Shown here piece after piece: positions 14,560-22,405 of a stretch of 23,004 nucleotides of DNA. The position numbers and the translations under genes were made by a program. Below the pieces are notes generated by a model. The model had not been told where the DNA came from. It made no database searches and saw only the letters and a program-made list of their open reading frames with translations. How positions within the stretch are numbered: the stretch's first letter is position 1; every line of letters begins with the position of its first letter. Source of the stretch: a virus. The DNA lies in the IMG/VR virus record IMGVR_UViG_3300035561_000103, positions 1 through 23,004 of that record; one strand, 5' to 3'.

Positions 14560-15152
14560 CCTGCATCGTGGCTGTGGCGAAAGACGGCGTGGTCTACATA
14601 GGAGGAGACCGGTTCACCACCGACGGAAACGGGGGGCGGTTCATCGACGGGTCTCCGAAGATCGCCGCTATCCCGGCATTTGGAAGGCTTGAGTTTCTGG
14701 CCGGGTGTGCTGGAGACGGTAGGTGTTGCGATATCGTCTTGAGTACCAACATATTGAAGGAGTATTCGTTCTGGACTGAAGCGTCACTCAGTGCCCTCAT
14801 CTCAGATGATCCAGAACGCAACGTCCGGGAGATTCTGGTTGAAGCTATCAGATCGGCCTTGAAAGATCGCGGTGCTATGATGAAAGACGACGACGGCCAG
14901 GACAAGGGATGCACCGTCCTGGTAGGTCACATGGGCCGTCTTTTCGTGATCGGTGAGAACTTCGCGGTATCTGTGATCACAGAAGATCATGTAGCGATCG
15001 GTGGGGCGAAAGAGTATGCCCTTGGTGCGTTGGAGGCCACGTATCACACTGGCAATTCGTGGCATCCAAGAAATCGATTGATGGTAGCATTAAAAACCGC
15101 CAAAAAATACAACATCACCGTCGTGGAGCCTTTCGACTTCTTGGAGTTGTGA
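14556..15152 (+). CDS. Proteasome beta-subunit/HslV-like N-terminal Thr (Ntn) peptidase
   Basis: True start 14556 (GGAGGTG RBS) gives M-T1CIVAV...GGD17...PK34, AGCAG and AIGGA...ALGAL. Confidence 0.8.
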   Translation: MTCIVAVAKDGVVYIGGDRFTTDGNGGRFIDGSPKIAAIPAFGRLEFLAGCAGDGRCCDIVLSTNILKEYSFWTEASLSALISDDPERNVREILVEAIRSALKDRGAMMKDDDGQDKGCTVLVGHMGRLFVIGENFAVSVITEDHVAIGGAKEYALGALEATYHTGNSWHPRNRLMVALKTAKKYNITVVEPFDFLEL

Positions 15153-15352
15153 CCGTGACCCCAGACGAATATTATATTTATTCTCGGCTTTTAATAGGGT
15201 TCTATGTGTCCGCTCCGGGCGCGAGGCCAACAGACGCCAGTGCCGCTCTTGGAATAACTGAACCACTGGCGGTAAAGATGACCTTCGATTTGTGGCGAGA
15301 CGGGACTATAAGCCACGGTGACGAGGAACCAGGCGAGATCGTACCTACATGA
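15149..15352 (+). CDS. Small wHTH-like protein (67 aa)
   Basis: GTGA overlap; RPTDASAALGITEPLAVKMTFDLWRDG pattern. Confidence 0.55.
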   Translation: MTVTPDEYYIYSRLLIGFYVSAPGARPTDASAALGITEPLAVKMTFDLWRDGTISHGDEEPGEIVPT

Positions 15353-15361
15353 GGTTTTGAA

Positions 15362-15706
15362 ATGGGAAAGAACTTAACTGATTTTGGAGTCTGCGAATGT
15401 GAAGGTGGAGCATGTGAGGTCAACTTCTCTCGACCCGTCGATCCAGAATGGGCTGATTTCGACGCGAAAGTTGCGGCGAGAAAAGCCAAACTGGAGGAGG
15501 CCACGAACGCCACCGGATCAGGCAGACCCCTTCCAGAACGGCTGGGGATCAAAGATCTGATCGCCCTGACTCCCTATGAAGAAGAGGCGATCAACTCTAT
15601 CCTGAGTTGCATTGATCCTGATGACATCTTCGGTCTGATGGAGGATCTCAATAGCCGCGACCGGATAACGTTCATCGCCGGATTTGTGGTGGGGCGGTCG
15701 ATATAG
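15362..15706 (+). CDS. Hypothetical protein (114 aa)
   Basis: GAGG RBS; N-terminal CxCxxxxC. Confidence 0.75.
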   Translation: MGKNLTDFGVCECEGGACEVNFSRPVDPEWADFDAKVAARKAKLEEATNATGSGRPLPERLGIKDLIALTPYEEEAINSILSCIDPDDIFGLMEDLNSRDRITFIAGFVVGRSI

Positions 15707-15736
15707 ATCACATTTTAAAGGGGAAAGTCTTATATA

Positions 15737-15760
15737 CTATCTATCTATCTATCTATCTAT
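15737..15760 (+). repeat. (CTAT)6 microsatellite between the TATA box and start codon
   Basis: Six exact CTAT units; TTATATA at 15730-15736; the last unit overlaps ATG 15759. Confidence 0.9.
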
Positions 15761-15896
15761 GAAAGGGATGAAGTCGATTCACCTCAAGGTGATGGAGGCG
15801 GATCATAAGTGGATGATGGATGCGAAGGGCGACAAGTCATGGGAGGCGTACTTCCTGGATCTCGCCAGACGAGACAGAGAGAGGGGGAGGTTCTGA
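15759..15896 (+). CDS. RHH-like small regulator (45 aa)
   Basis: MKGMKSIHLKVMEADHKWMMDAKGDKSWEAYFLDLA; leaderless; TGATG coupling to the next gene. Confidence 0.7.
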   Translation: MKGMKSIHLKVMEADHKWMMDAKGDKSWEAYFLDLARRDRERGRF

Positions 15897-16291
15897 TGAG
15901 ACGAGCAACGGTTTGCATTTTGGACGATGAAGATCACGAACTGGCGGCGGCTATCCAGAAGACGGGGATCCACAAGATCAGCTCTTGGATTCTGGTCTAT
16001 CTGCTGAGGACAGGAACCGGGAAGTCCAAGGACATCCAGGCAGGCACTGGCTTGGACCAGCCGACGGTGAGTATCCATATCCGGCCTCTCATCGAGAAGG
16101 GGTGGGTGCTGAAAGAGAATCGTGCGGCTCCAGCGCGGGGCGCTCCTCATAACGTCTATGGCCTGGCTATGCCTCCAGGCGTCCTCCTGGAGGCGATCGA
16201 AACCAAGCTGGAGGAGAAGCTGAGCGAAGAGCAAACCAGAGTCGCGAGCCTTGTGATAAAGCTTCGCGAAGCTAGGAAGAGCATGGAGTGA
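15896..16291 (+). CDS. Methanosarcinales-type ArsR/TrmB wHTH regulator
   Basis: ILVYL...KSKDIQAGTGLDQPTVS...LIEKGWV...RGAPHNVYGLA, matching the methanogen RQPEVS/KGRP..IY family (recalled); GGGGAGG RBS. Confidence 0.85.
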   Translation: MRRATVCILDDEDHELAAAIQKTGIHKISSWILVYLLRTGTGKSKDIQAGTGLDQPTVSIHIRPLIEKGWVLKENRAAPARGAPHNVYGLAMPPGVLLEAIETKLEEKLSEEQTRVASLVIKLREARKSME

Positions 16292-16297
16292 TGAGAG

Positions 16298-17047
16298 ATG
16301 GAAGAGTTGAAAGTCGGAGACAGAGTAAAGATCGCGGACGACAGTAATGACGTTCGCATTGAAATTGCGAAATTTTATGGTGTGTTTCATGTAGGGCGCG
16401 AACTATATTGCGGCAAAGTCGGAAGAGTAGTATTCAAACATACCGATCGCGGGAATTTGTTATTCGGTGTAACAGTGCCTATCATTGATTCTGATGGTGC
16501 GTTCACGTGGCCCGCAAATCTTCTGGAGAAGCTTCCAGCCGAGAAGAGTATTCATCAAGCGAAATGTGTTGTGTCCAGTCAGGCATTTAAAGATGCGATG
16601 TTGGTCGTATGTGGTAAGATCAGATACGACTTCGATTCAGTTGAAGCCACCTGCAACTTCATTAATTCCATGAACGCAGTCGCAAAGGTTGAACCACCGA
16701 AACCAGGTGTTGCGGAGATCGTCTTTGATCACGTCACCAAAGACGGAAAGTGTATGCTCCAGATAGCGGATATTCGTGGTGTCCAAGGCCAGGGATTGCC
16801 GGACGAATACTTAGATGGATACGATTGTAGGATGGTTCCAAGCAACCAATCAGGATATATATTTGTCAATGGAAAAAAATATGGAGTCGGTCAGGTGATG
16901 ACCGAAGAGGAGGCCGCGAAGCTCGTCAAGAGGATGAGGGCTTGCGGAAAGCGGCTTCACGATATCAACGTGGCCGCCAGAGCAAAGGCAGACGAGGCTA
17001 GGCTGGAGCGATGGAAAGCTAAAGGGCGAAAGGTGGTGAGGATTTAA
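16298..17047 (+). CDS. Phage hypothetical protein with N-terminal KOW/SH3-like domain
   Basis: LKVGDRVKI...GKVGRV...FTWPANLLE pattern. Confidence 0.75.
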   Translation: MEELKVGDRVKIADDSNDVRIEIAKFYGVFHVGRELYCGKVGRVVFKHTDRGNLLFGVTVPIIDSDGAFTWPANLLEKLPAEKSIHQAKCVVSSQAFKDAMLVVCGKIRYDFDSVEATCNFINSMNAVAKVEPPKPGVAEIVFDHVTKDGKCMLQIADIRGVQGQGLPDEYLDGYDCRMVPSNQSGYIFVNGKKYGVGQVMTEEEAAKLVKRMRACGKRLHDINVAARAKADEARLERWKAKGRKVVRI

Positions 17048-17048
17048 A

Positions 17049-17414
17049 ATGAACGCGAAGATGATATTGTATGTGGTTATGGTGGGGCTGATTGGCACTT
17101 CATCTGCCGTGGTGTTTTCGGAAGACTATCAAGATGGTTACATGGCCGGTGCTGATTTGGTCGGTGGTATGAAACGCATGGACGGCCTGCTAGACGGCAC
17201 GTTGATCTTGCTCACGGTCCTAGATAATCCCACCGAAGTCCCTGTATTGGACGCATTTCTATCAACGTTTGTATCGGGAGTGGCGGAAAGATACAACACA
17301 GAAGTCGCGGAGTATAATGCCATGGTAGATGACATTAACGGGGCAACTCGAATGATTTTGGGTGAGCCCGTTGAAGATGATTACCTGTTAGAATATCAGC
17401 CGGTGTATAGATGA
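17049..17414 (+). CDS. Secreted protein with signal peptide
   Basis: MNAKMILYVVMVGLIGTSSA signal, then a YQDGYMAG helical region. Confidence 0.75.
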   Translation: MNAKMILYVVMVGLIGTSSAVVFSEDYQDGYMAGADLVGGMKRMDGLLDGTLILLTVLDNPTEVPVLDAFLSTFVSGVAERYNTEVAEYNAMVDDINGATRMILGEPVEDDYLLEYQPVYR

Positions 17415-17497
17415 CCGAGTCCGATCTGAAAGGCGAGCTGGAAGAGTGGGGAGACGTGCTGAATCCGGGGAAAAGGAGCAAAGACGAATCAGAGTGA
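17411..17497 (+). CDS. Possible 28-aa peptide
   Basis: ATGA overlap; very short. Confidence 0.3.
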   Translation: MTESDLKGELEEWGDVLNPGKRSKDESE

Positions 17498-17815
17498 GCG
17501 CGAATATTCCCTTAACTTTTCTATTTTTTTGTTATTATTTTCCATGTTCTTTTTTTCTCTCGTCTCCAAATCAGCCACGATATCAGCCAGCTTGCGGCGA
17601 GATGACCACGAAAACACCCGATCGCTCCGGCTATTGTAGCTCACAATCCCCTCTTTTTCGAGAGACCAAATCGCGTTCCAGACGGTGCTATTCTCCAGGC
17701 CGGTTGCGGTTGCGATCTCCGATGGCGAGAGGACGTCCTGATCCTCGAAGGCCATGATCACGGCTGCCTTGCCGTGAGAAAATCCGAGCTTTTCCAAGAG
17801 GGTGATCCGTTCCAT
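17489..17815 (-). CDS. TrmB-like wHTH regulator divergent from the head operon
   Basis: LEKLGFSHGKAAVI...SPSEIATATGLENSTVWNAIWSLEKEGIV. Start 17815 fits TATA spacing; 17833 is the alternative. Confidence 0.8.
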   Translation of the reverse strand: MERITLLEKLGFSHGKAAVIMAFEDQDVLSPSEIATATGLENSTVWNAIWSLEKEGIVSYNSRSDRVFSWSSRRKLADIVADLETREKKNMENNNKKIEKLREYSRSL

Positions 17816-17838
17816 TCGATGATATAGTTTCATGTGAT

Positions 17839-17880
17839 AATATAAAAACCTATTGAATGGGATGCGAAGTGTTTTATATT
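17839..17880. promoter_or_regulatory. Back-to-back TATA boxes (AATATAAAAAC ... GTTTTATATT)
   Basis: The two elements are inverted copies, each about 23-26 nt from its ATG (17815 and 17903). Confidence 0.65.
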
Positions 17881-17902
17881 TGGTGGAATAAGATAATAAC
17901 GC

Positions 17903-19465
17903 ATGGATCGACTTATGGCCCGGTGCGAGGCCGTGATCTCAAAGGCTCAGGGCGAATCGCTCGTTTTTGATGTCCGGGCCATAGCACCGGGTACGAAAAT
18001 TCCAGTTTACGATGCAGACCTGAAACCGGTACTCGTCGATGGTGTCCAGAAGGTCTTTGAGGCAGACGAGGAGTTTCTGAAACGGTCTGTGGCCCTGTTT
18101 GATGGAGGCCACCTAAACCGAGACCATCTGACCGATACCGATTTTGGAGACCTGACCAAAGCGTTCTATGATGGTGGCCTTTGCTTTTCCGGGTTATGCT
18201 CTTCTCCAGATGATATCGAGCTAATATCAGGCGGAGCATATAACGGTTGGAGCATAGAAGGCGAGTTCGTCGCTACTGAGAATGGCGACGCCCTGAAACC
18301 TACCCGGCTCTCACTCCTCACCGAAAAAGATCCGGCCTGCCCCTCGAATCGATGCGATACTCTGAGAATGGCTCTTGCGGCATGGGATGGTACCGCCGCC
18401 ACTGATCGGCTAATCAAGTTCGCCACCGACGAGGAAGGCAACATCGTTAGATCAAAGATTGACAAGTATTTTATGGAAGTCAAAGGAGACGGCACCGAGA
18501 AGGGCGATTATGGATGGCCGATCGGCGACATAAAAGACGGCGAACCTGCTTATGATGAGGCCGGGCTGATGGTTGCCTATAAGGCCGCTTCTGGAGCCAG
18601 AGGAGCCACCAAAGACGAATCCAAAATCGAGAAAATCAAGTCGATCTACAAAGCAGAGGGTTGGGAATTGCCGAAAGGGTTGCAAGGTCAAGCCGCTGAT
18701 CCGGTACAGCCCCGCGAAGACTGGAACAACTGGGGCAATTTCTCGATTCGTGGCAAAGACGATGAATCCGTTTCTCTTCACTGTTATCTCCCCGATATCG
18801 ATTTTGGGGAAGGTACTGAGATCAAATCAATTGATATAGTAGATCCTGACAAGTTCAGGATTCTTGCACAGTACATCGTGAACACCGTGCTGGGAGTTGC
18901 CTCCGGCAACCAAGGAGCTATTGTAATGGCATCTGAACCAACGCCGGGGGAACCCGGAACTATGGACCCGTTCGCCTCCATCAAGGAGAAGTACGGGGTA
19001 GAAAGCGAGGACGAGCTTAAAACGCTCATTGAACATGGAAAGAAGTATAGCACCACGAAAACCGAGCGCGACGACTGGAAAAAGAAGTATTCCGAGATAG
19101 AGACCGCCAAAAACGAGCTTGAAACGAACCTCACCGCCCTCCAGGAAAGACAGAGGCAGCGTGACATAGCCGAAGCCAAAGAGAAGGTCAAGACGGCGTT
19201 CGTCCCTGGACTCTGGGAAGGCGAGATCGAGGAGGAGGTTGAAGGTGGCGAGAAGGTCAAGATCGCCAAAGTCGATCGGATGGCCGAGGATTACGTGAAA
19301 GATCCGGCTGGGTTCTATGCCGCGAACCGGACGTTCGCTCTTGCAGAGAGACCTCTTGAGCCTAAGACCAAGTTCCAGGGGAGCGCGGCCAGCACTGAAG
19401 CTGATGAGATGTTTGCCGCCAGGCGGGCCGCTGTGGACAAAAACATGCAGAGGTCCGGAAGGTGA
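17903..19465 (+). CDS. Prohead protease + inserted domain + scaffold fusion
   Basis: NRDH(75), GWS(117)IEG and LSLL...PAC protease motifs; C-terminal coiled coil; first gene of the head operon. Confidence 0.75.
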   Translation: MDRLMARCEAVISKAQGESLVFDVRAIAPGTKIPVYDADLKPVLVDGVQKVFEADEEFLKRSVALFDGGHLNRDHLTDTDFGDLTKAFYDGGLCFSGLCSSPDDIELISGGAYNGWSIEGEFVATENGDALKPTRLSLLTEKDPACPSNRCDTLRMALAAWDGTAATDRLIKFATDEEGNIVRSKIDKYFMEVKGDGTEKGDYGWPIGDIKDGEPAYDEAGLMVAYKAASGARGATKDESKIEKIKSIYKAEGWELPKGLQGQAADPVQPREDWNNWGNFSIRGKDDESVSLHCYLPDIDFGEGTEIKSIDIVDPDKFRILAQYIVNTVLGVASGNQGAIVMASEPTPGEPGTMDPFASIKEKYGVESEDELKTLIEHGKKYSTTKTERDDWKKKYSEIETAKNELETNLTALQERQRQRDIAEAKEKVKTAFVPGLWEGEIEEEVEGGEKVKIAKVDRMAEDYVKDPAGFYAANRTFALAERPLEPKTKFQGSAASTEADEMFAARRAAVDKNMQRSGR

Positions 19466-19471
19466 TTTTGA

Positions 19472-20080
19472 ATGGCTGATAAATATGAAGTAGATGTCCG
19501 GCTTGAACTGGAAAACATGCCGGTTCGCGGCGCGGGTGTTGTGGTTCCCTGCATCCTTGAGGAAGGCAATATCACCGTCTATTCTGGAAAAACGCTATCG
19601 GATGGAGCTGTCCGTAGAGCCGAGAGCCATTATGCGTTTGCCGCCGAGATAGAAAAGAACGATTTGGTATATGTAGCATCCGACGCGGCATATACCTATG
19701 ATGGTTGCCAGGGGATGCCGGTCGTCGCGAAGACCTCCGGCTCCAACGGAATCCAGGGTATTGTTCTGGACGATCCTCGAAAGCTCGTCGCTAGACCCGC
19801 CAACACCACTGCCGCCAACTCTGAAGCGAAGAGGATCGCTGGAAAGTTCTATCGGGTGGCTCTGGTCTGGTTCCCAGCGTTCGCCTACACCTCTCAGCTC
19901 GCCAACGGTGCCAGTCCCAACATATCCATCGGGGGCGCTCTGATCTATGATGTGTCCTCTGAGGTTATGATCGGCGGCGGAACCACCAGCGGGATCACGG
20001 CAGCCCATGTCGCTACGGCTGACGGAGTTTACATCGGCTGCTTCTGGGGTCTGATGACGGCGGGAGAATCCCAGGCTTAG
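19472..20080 (+). CDS. Probable capsid decoration/cement protein
   Basis: Lies between scaffold and MCP; Gly/Ala/Val beta-rich; 202 aa. Confidence 0.65.
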   Translation: MADKYEVDVRLELENMPVRGAGVVVPCILEEGNITVYSGKTLSDGAVRRAESHYAFAAEIEKNDLVYVASDAAYTYDGCQGMPVVAKTSGSNGIQGIVLDDPRKLVARPANTTAANSEAKRIAGKFYRVALVWFPAFAYTSQLANGASPNISIGGALIYDVSSEVMIGGGTTSGITAAHVATADGVYIGCFWGLMTAGESQA

Positions 20081-20092
20081 GAGGAGATAGAA

Positions 20093-21049
20093 ATGGCTCT
20101 TGAAAACAATTCTCTGTTTACGGACCCGGAAGCGATCACCGACCTGGTGGACCGGGTAATCTCGCCTCGGATGTATCCCATCGAGTTCGCGGCCCCGTTC
20201 GTCAAAACCGACGATGGCAGCATCCCCATAGTCAGGGATACCTATAACGAGACCAACGACCCGCTCAAGGCCCTGCCTCCAGAGGGCGTTCCTCTCGACT
20301 GGGAACCGTCCGCCGTGCAGGTAACGCTCGGAGAACTGGTAACGCTGAACACTCAGATGAGAAAGGTAGAGCTGAGGTTCAAGAAGTCTGACTGGGACAA
20401 ACCCAACGCTGATTACGCGGTCAACAAGTACTACACTTTGGCCGGAGACAACCTGGCCCGCCAGCTCCAGAGGCAGTGCATCACGAACCTCCAGGCGACC
20501 TACAACGTCACCACGACCCTCTTCACCGCGAAGAAGGGAGACGCCTGGTCCGAGACGACCGCTGACCCGCTCAAGGCTCTTAGGGCGCTTGCTGGAGACT
20601 TCGGGAATGTTGGCTCCGATCTCAAGACCGTCCTGGTGGATCAGACCAACTGGCGGGAACTGTTGGACCATCTTGAGGTCAACGATTACGACATGACCTA
20701 CGCCAGGGAACAGGTAGCCCCCAACCGCGCCTTCGATCAGGAAGTCCTGGTCATGAAGCTGAACGTCAATCCTCAGATCAACGTGGTCGGGATTCGAAAC
20801 AGTTTCATCACCGAAGGCAGACTGATAGCAGTCGGCGCAGTGGACGGAATGCCAGCAGCCAACACCTACTACTATGAGGAACCTGGGTACGATGTCCAGC
20901 GGCTTCCTGAGTTCGAGAATATCCCGCTCCAGGTCAACACCTACGACAGCTTGAACGGGAAGTATAATCACGTCGAGCTTTGGATCGATGCGAAAACCGT
21001 AGTCCAGAAACAGAACGCCGTAGCTTACGAATCGGGGGCGGTAATCTGA
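20093..21049 (+). CDS. Major capsid protein (HK97 fold, lambda gpE-like group)
   Basis: 318 aa; WSETTADPL motif; position after scaffold and decoration; AGGAGGAG RBS. Confidence 0.8.
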   Translation: MALENNSLFTDPEAITDLVDRVISPRMYPIEFAAPFVKTDDGSIPIVRDTYNETNDPLKALPPEGVPLDWEPSAVQVTLGELVTLNTQMRKVELRFKKSDWDKPNADYAVNKYYTLAGDNLARQLQRQCITNLQATYNVTTTLFTAKKGDAWSETTADPLKALRALAGDFGNVGSDLKTVLVDQTNWRELLDHLEVNDYDMTYAREQVAPNRAFDQEVLVMKLNVNPQINVVGIRNSFITEGRLIAVGAVDGMPAANTYYYEEPGYDVQRLPEFENIPLQVNTYDSLNGKYNHVELWIDAKTVVQKQNAVAYESGAVI

Positions 21050-21360
21050 TCACCCCCGATCAGTTTGATGCTCTGATGGCCGGACTGAAAGAAGAGGGGC
21101 TGGAAGACAAGGTTCGCAACAACCCGACCAACCTCTTCATCAGGGGCATCTTTGGATCTGGCGTCGAAAAGATCTTTGCGATTTTGCCTGAAGGGACATG
21201 GCCTGACATCTTCGAAGTCGAAGATCCGCCAGCCCGTCAGAAGAACGCTCCAAGCGGCTACATCATGGTGTTCAGGAAAGATCCGGGTGCCGTTGCGGAT
21301 ACCCGGAGGGCGCGGGGCAAGCCTCCTGGAGGGAAAGGAGACGGCGAGATAGGCGAGTGA
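21046..21360 (+). CDS. Hypothetical virion-associated protein (start uncertain: CTG 21046 or a later ATG)
   Basis: Open frame immediately after the MCP; CTGA overlap with the MCP stop. Confidence 0.6.
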   Translation: MITPDQFDALMAGLKEEGLEDKVRNNPTNLFIRGIFGSGVEKIFAILPEGTWPDIFEVEDPPARQKNAPSGYIMVFRKDPGAVADTRRARGKPPGGKGDGEIGE

Positions 21361-21367
21361 TCCGACG

Positions 21368-21856
21368 ATGGCGGCGACGATCGACACCTACATTGAGGCG
21401 TATTGGTCCGGGCTGACGGCGGCTCTAGCTGCTATCAGTGCAGACCTTATGACGAGCCTCAAGGCTCAAGCTACGTCTCAATTGGCGAACTACGATACGT
21501 CGTCGCTATCGGCTGACGAACTTCTGGCGGTCCAGGCGTTGATCGTCTGCATCGAAGCCGGTGGCATGTCCACTCTTGATGAGTGGTCCGAGGACCGTCA
21601 CTATTCCCAAACTGTAGCAAAACTTAACAAACCAGCATCAGTCGATCCTTGGATCGGGGAACTGACCCGCAAGCTCGCGAGATGCCGGTATTCTGGAGAC
21701 GATGGATCGATCGCGGCCAGGTACGCTGTGAAGTACCGGAGACCGTCGGTTCATATCGCTCCGAGACTGGATCAGAACGAGATTCCCGGCATAGACTCAG
21801 AAGCTTCGGACTTCAGGCCTGACATACTTGAAGACATGGACATGGAGGGACCGTAA
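21368..21856 (+). CDS. Probable head-tail adaptor/connector
   Basis: Helical 162-aa protein two genes after the MCP; assignment mostly positional. Confidence 0.5.
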   Translation: MAATIDTYIEAYWSGLTAALAAISADLMTSLKAQATSQLANYDTSSLSADELLAVQALIVCIEAGGMSTLDEWSEDRHYSQTVAKLNKPASVDPWIGELTRKLARCRYSGDDGSIAARYAVKYRRPSVHIAPRLDQNEIPGIDSEASDFRPDILEDMDMEGP

Positions 21857-22405
21857 ATGGGCAACCTCAAGCTAGCGCACATAATAGCGATAGACAAAGA
21901 CAGCGGGGAGCCCGTGGCCCTCGTTTGTGATGCGAACGGATACGTAAGAGTAACGTTGGATACTGAAACTGTGACCGTTGGCGGATCGGCACTGCCTACT
22001 GGTGCCGCGACTTCTGCCAAACAAGACCAGGCGAAAGGCGTCCTAGACAACATCGAAGCTGGAATCGACGAGCTGAAGGCCGAGATCGTACTGGGCGCTC
22101 GCGTCACGACCACGGCTGCTCTGACGGTTTCAGCGGCTGGGGACAACACGGCTATAGCCGCCCCAGGCGCTGGCAAACATCTGGCCATATACAGGCTCGT
22201 CATGACTGCGGCCAGAGGTTCTGAGGTCAATATCGTCCTGAAAAGCGGGGCCACGGCCAAATCCGGCGCGATGGTGGCAGACACTTACGATATCAATTTC
22301 GGCGACGCGCCGCTGATATGCGGAACAGATGAAGCGTTCGTCGTCAACCTGTCTGATACGGTAGCTCTTACAGGATTGATCCAATATGAGGTGGTGACGG
22401 AATGA
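21857..22405 (+). CDS. Putative virion structural protein (beta-rich C-terminal domain)
   Basis: Ala/Gly/Thr-rich; IAAPGAGKHLAIYRL pattern; directly abuts the upstream gene. Confidence 0.65.
   Translation: MGNLKLAHIIAIDKDSGEPVALVCDANGYVRVTLDTETVTVGGSALPTGAATSAKQDQAKGVLDNIEAGIDELKAEIVLGARVTTTAALTVSAAGDNTAIAAPGAGKHLAIYRLVMTAARGSEVNIVLKSGATAKSGAMVADTYDINFGDAPLICGTDEAFVVNLSDTVALTGLIQYEVVTE

Noticed and set aside
19595-20971. 458-aa minus-strand ORF
   Set aside because: Antisense shadow of the decoration and MCP genes, which share a frame; explained by codon bias.
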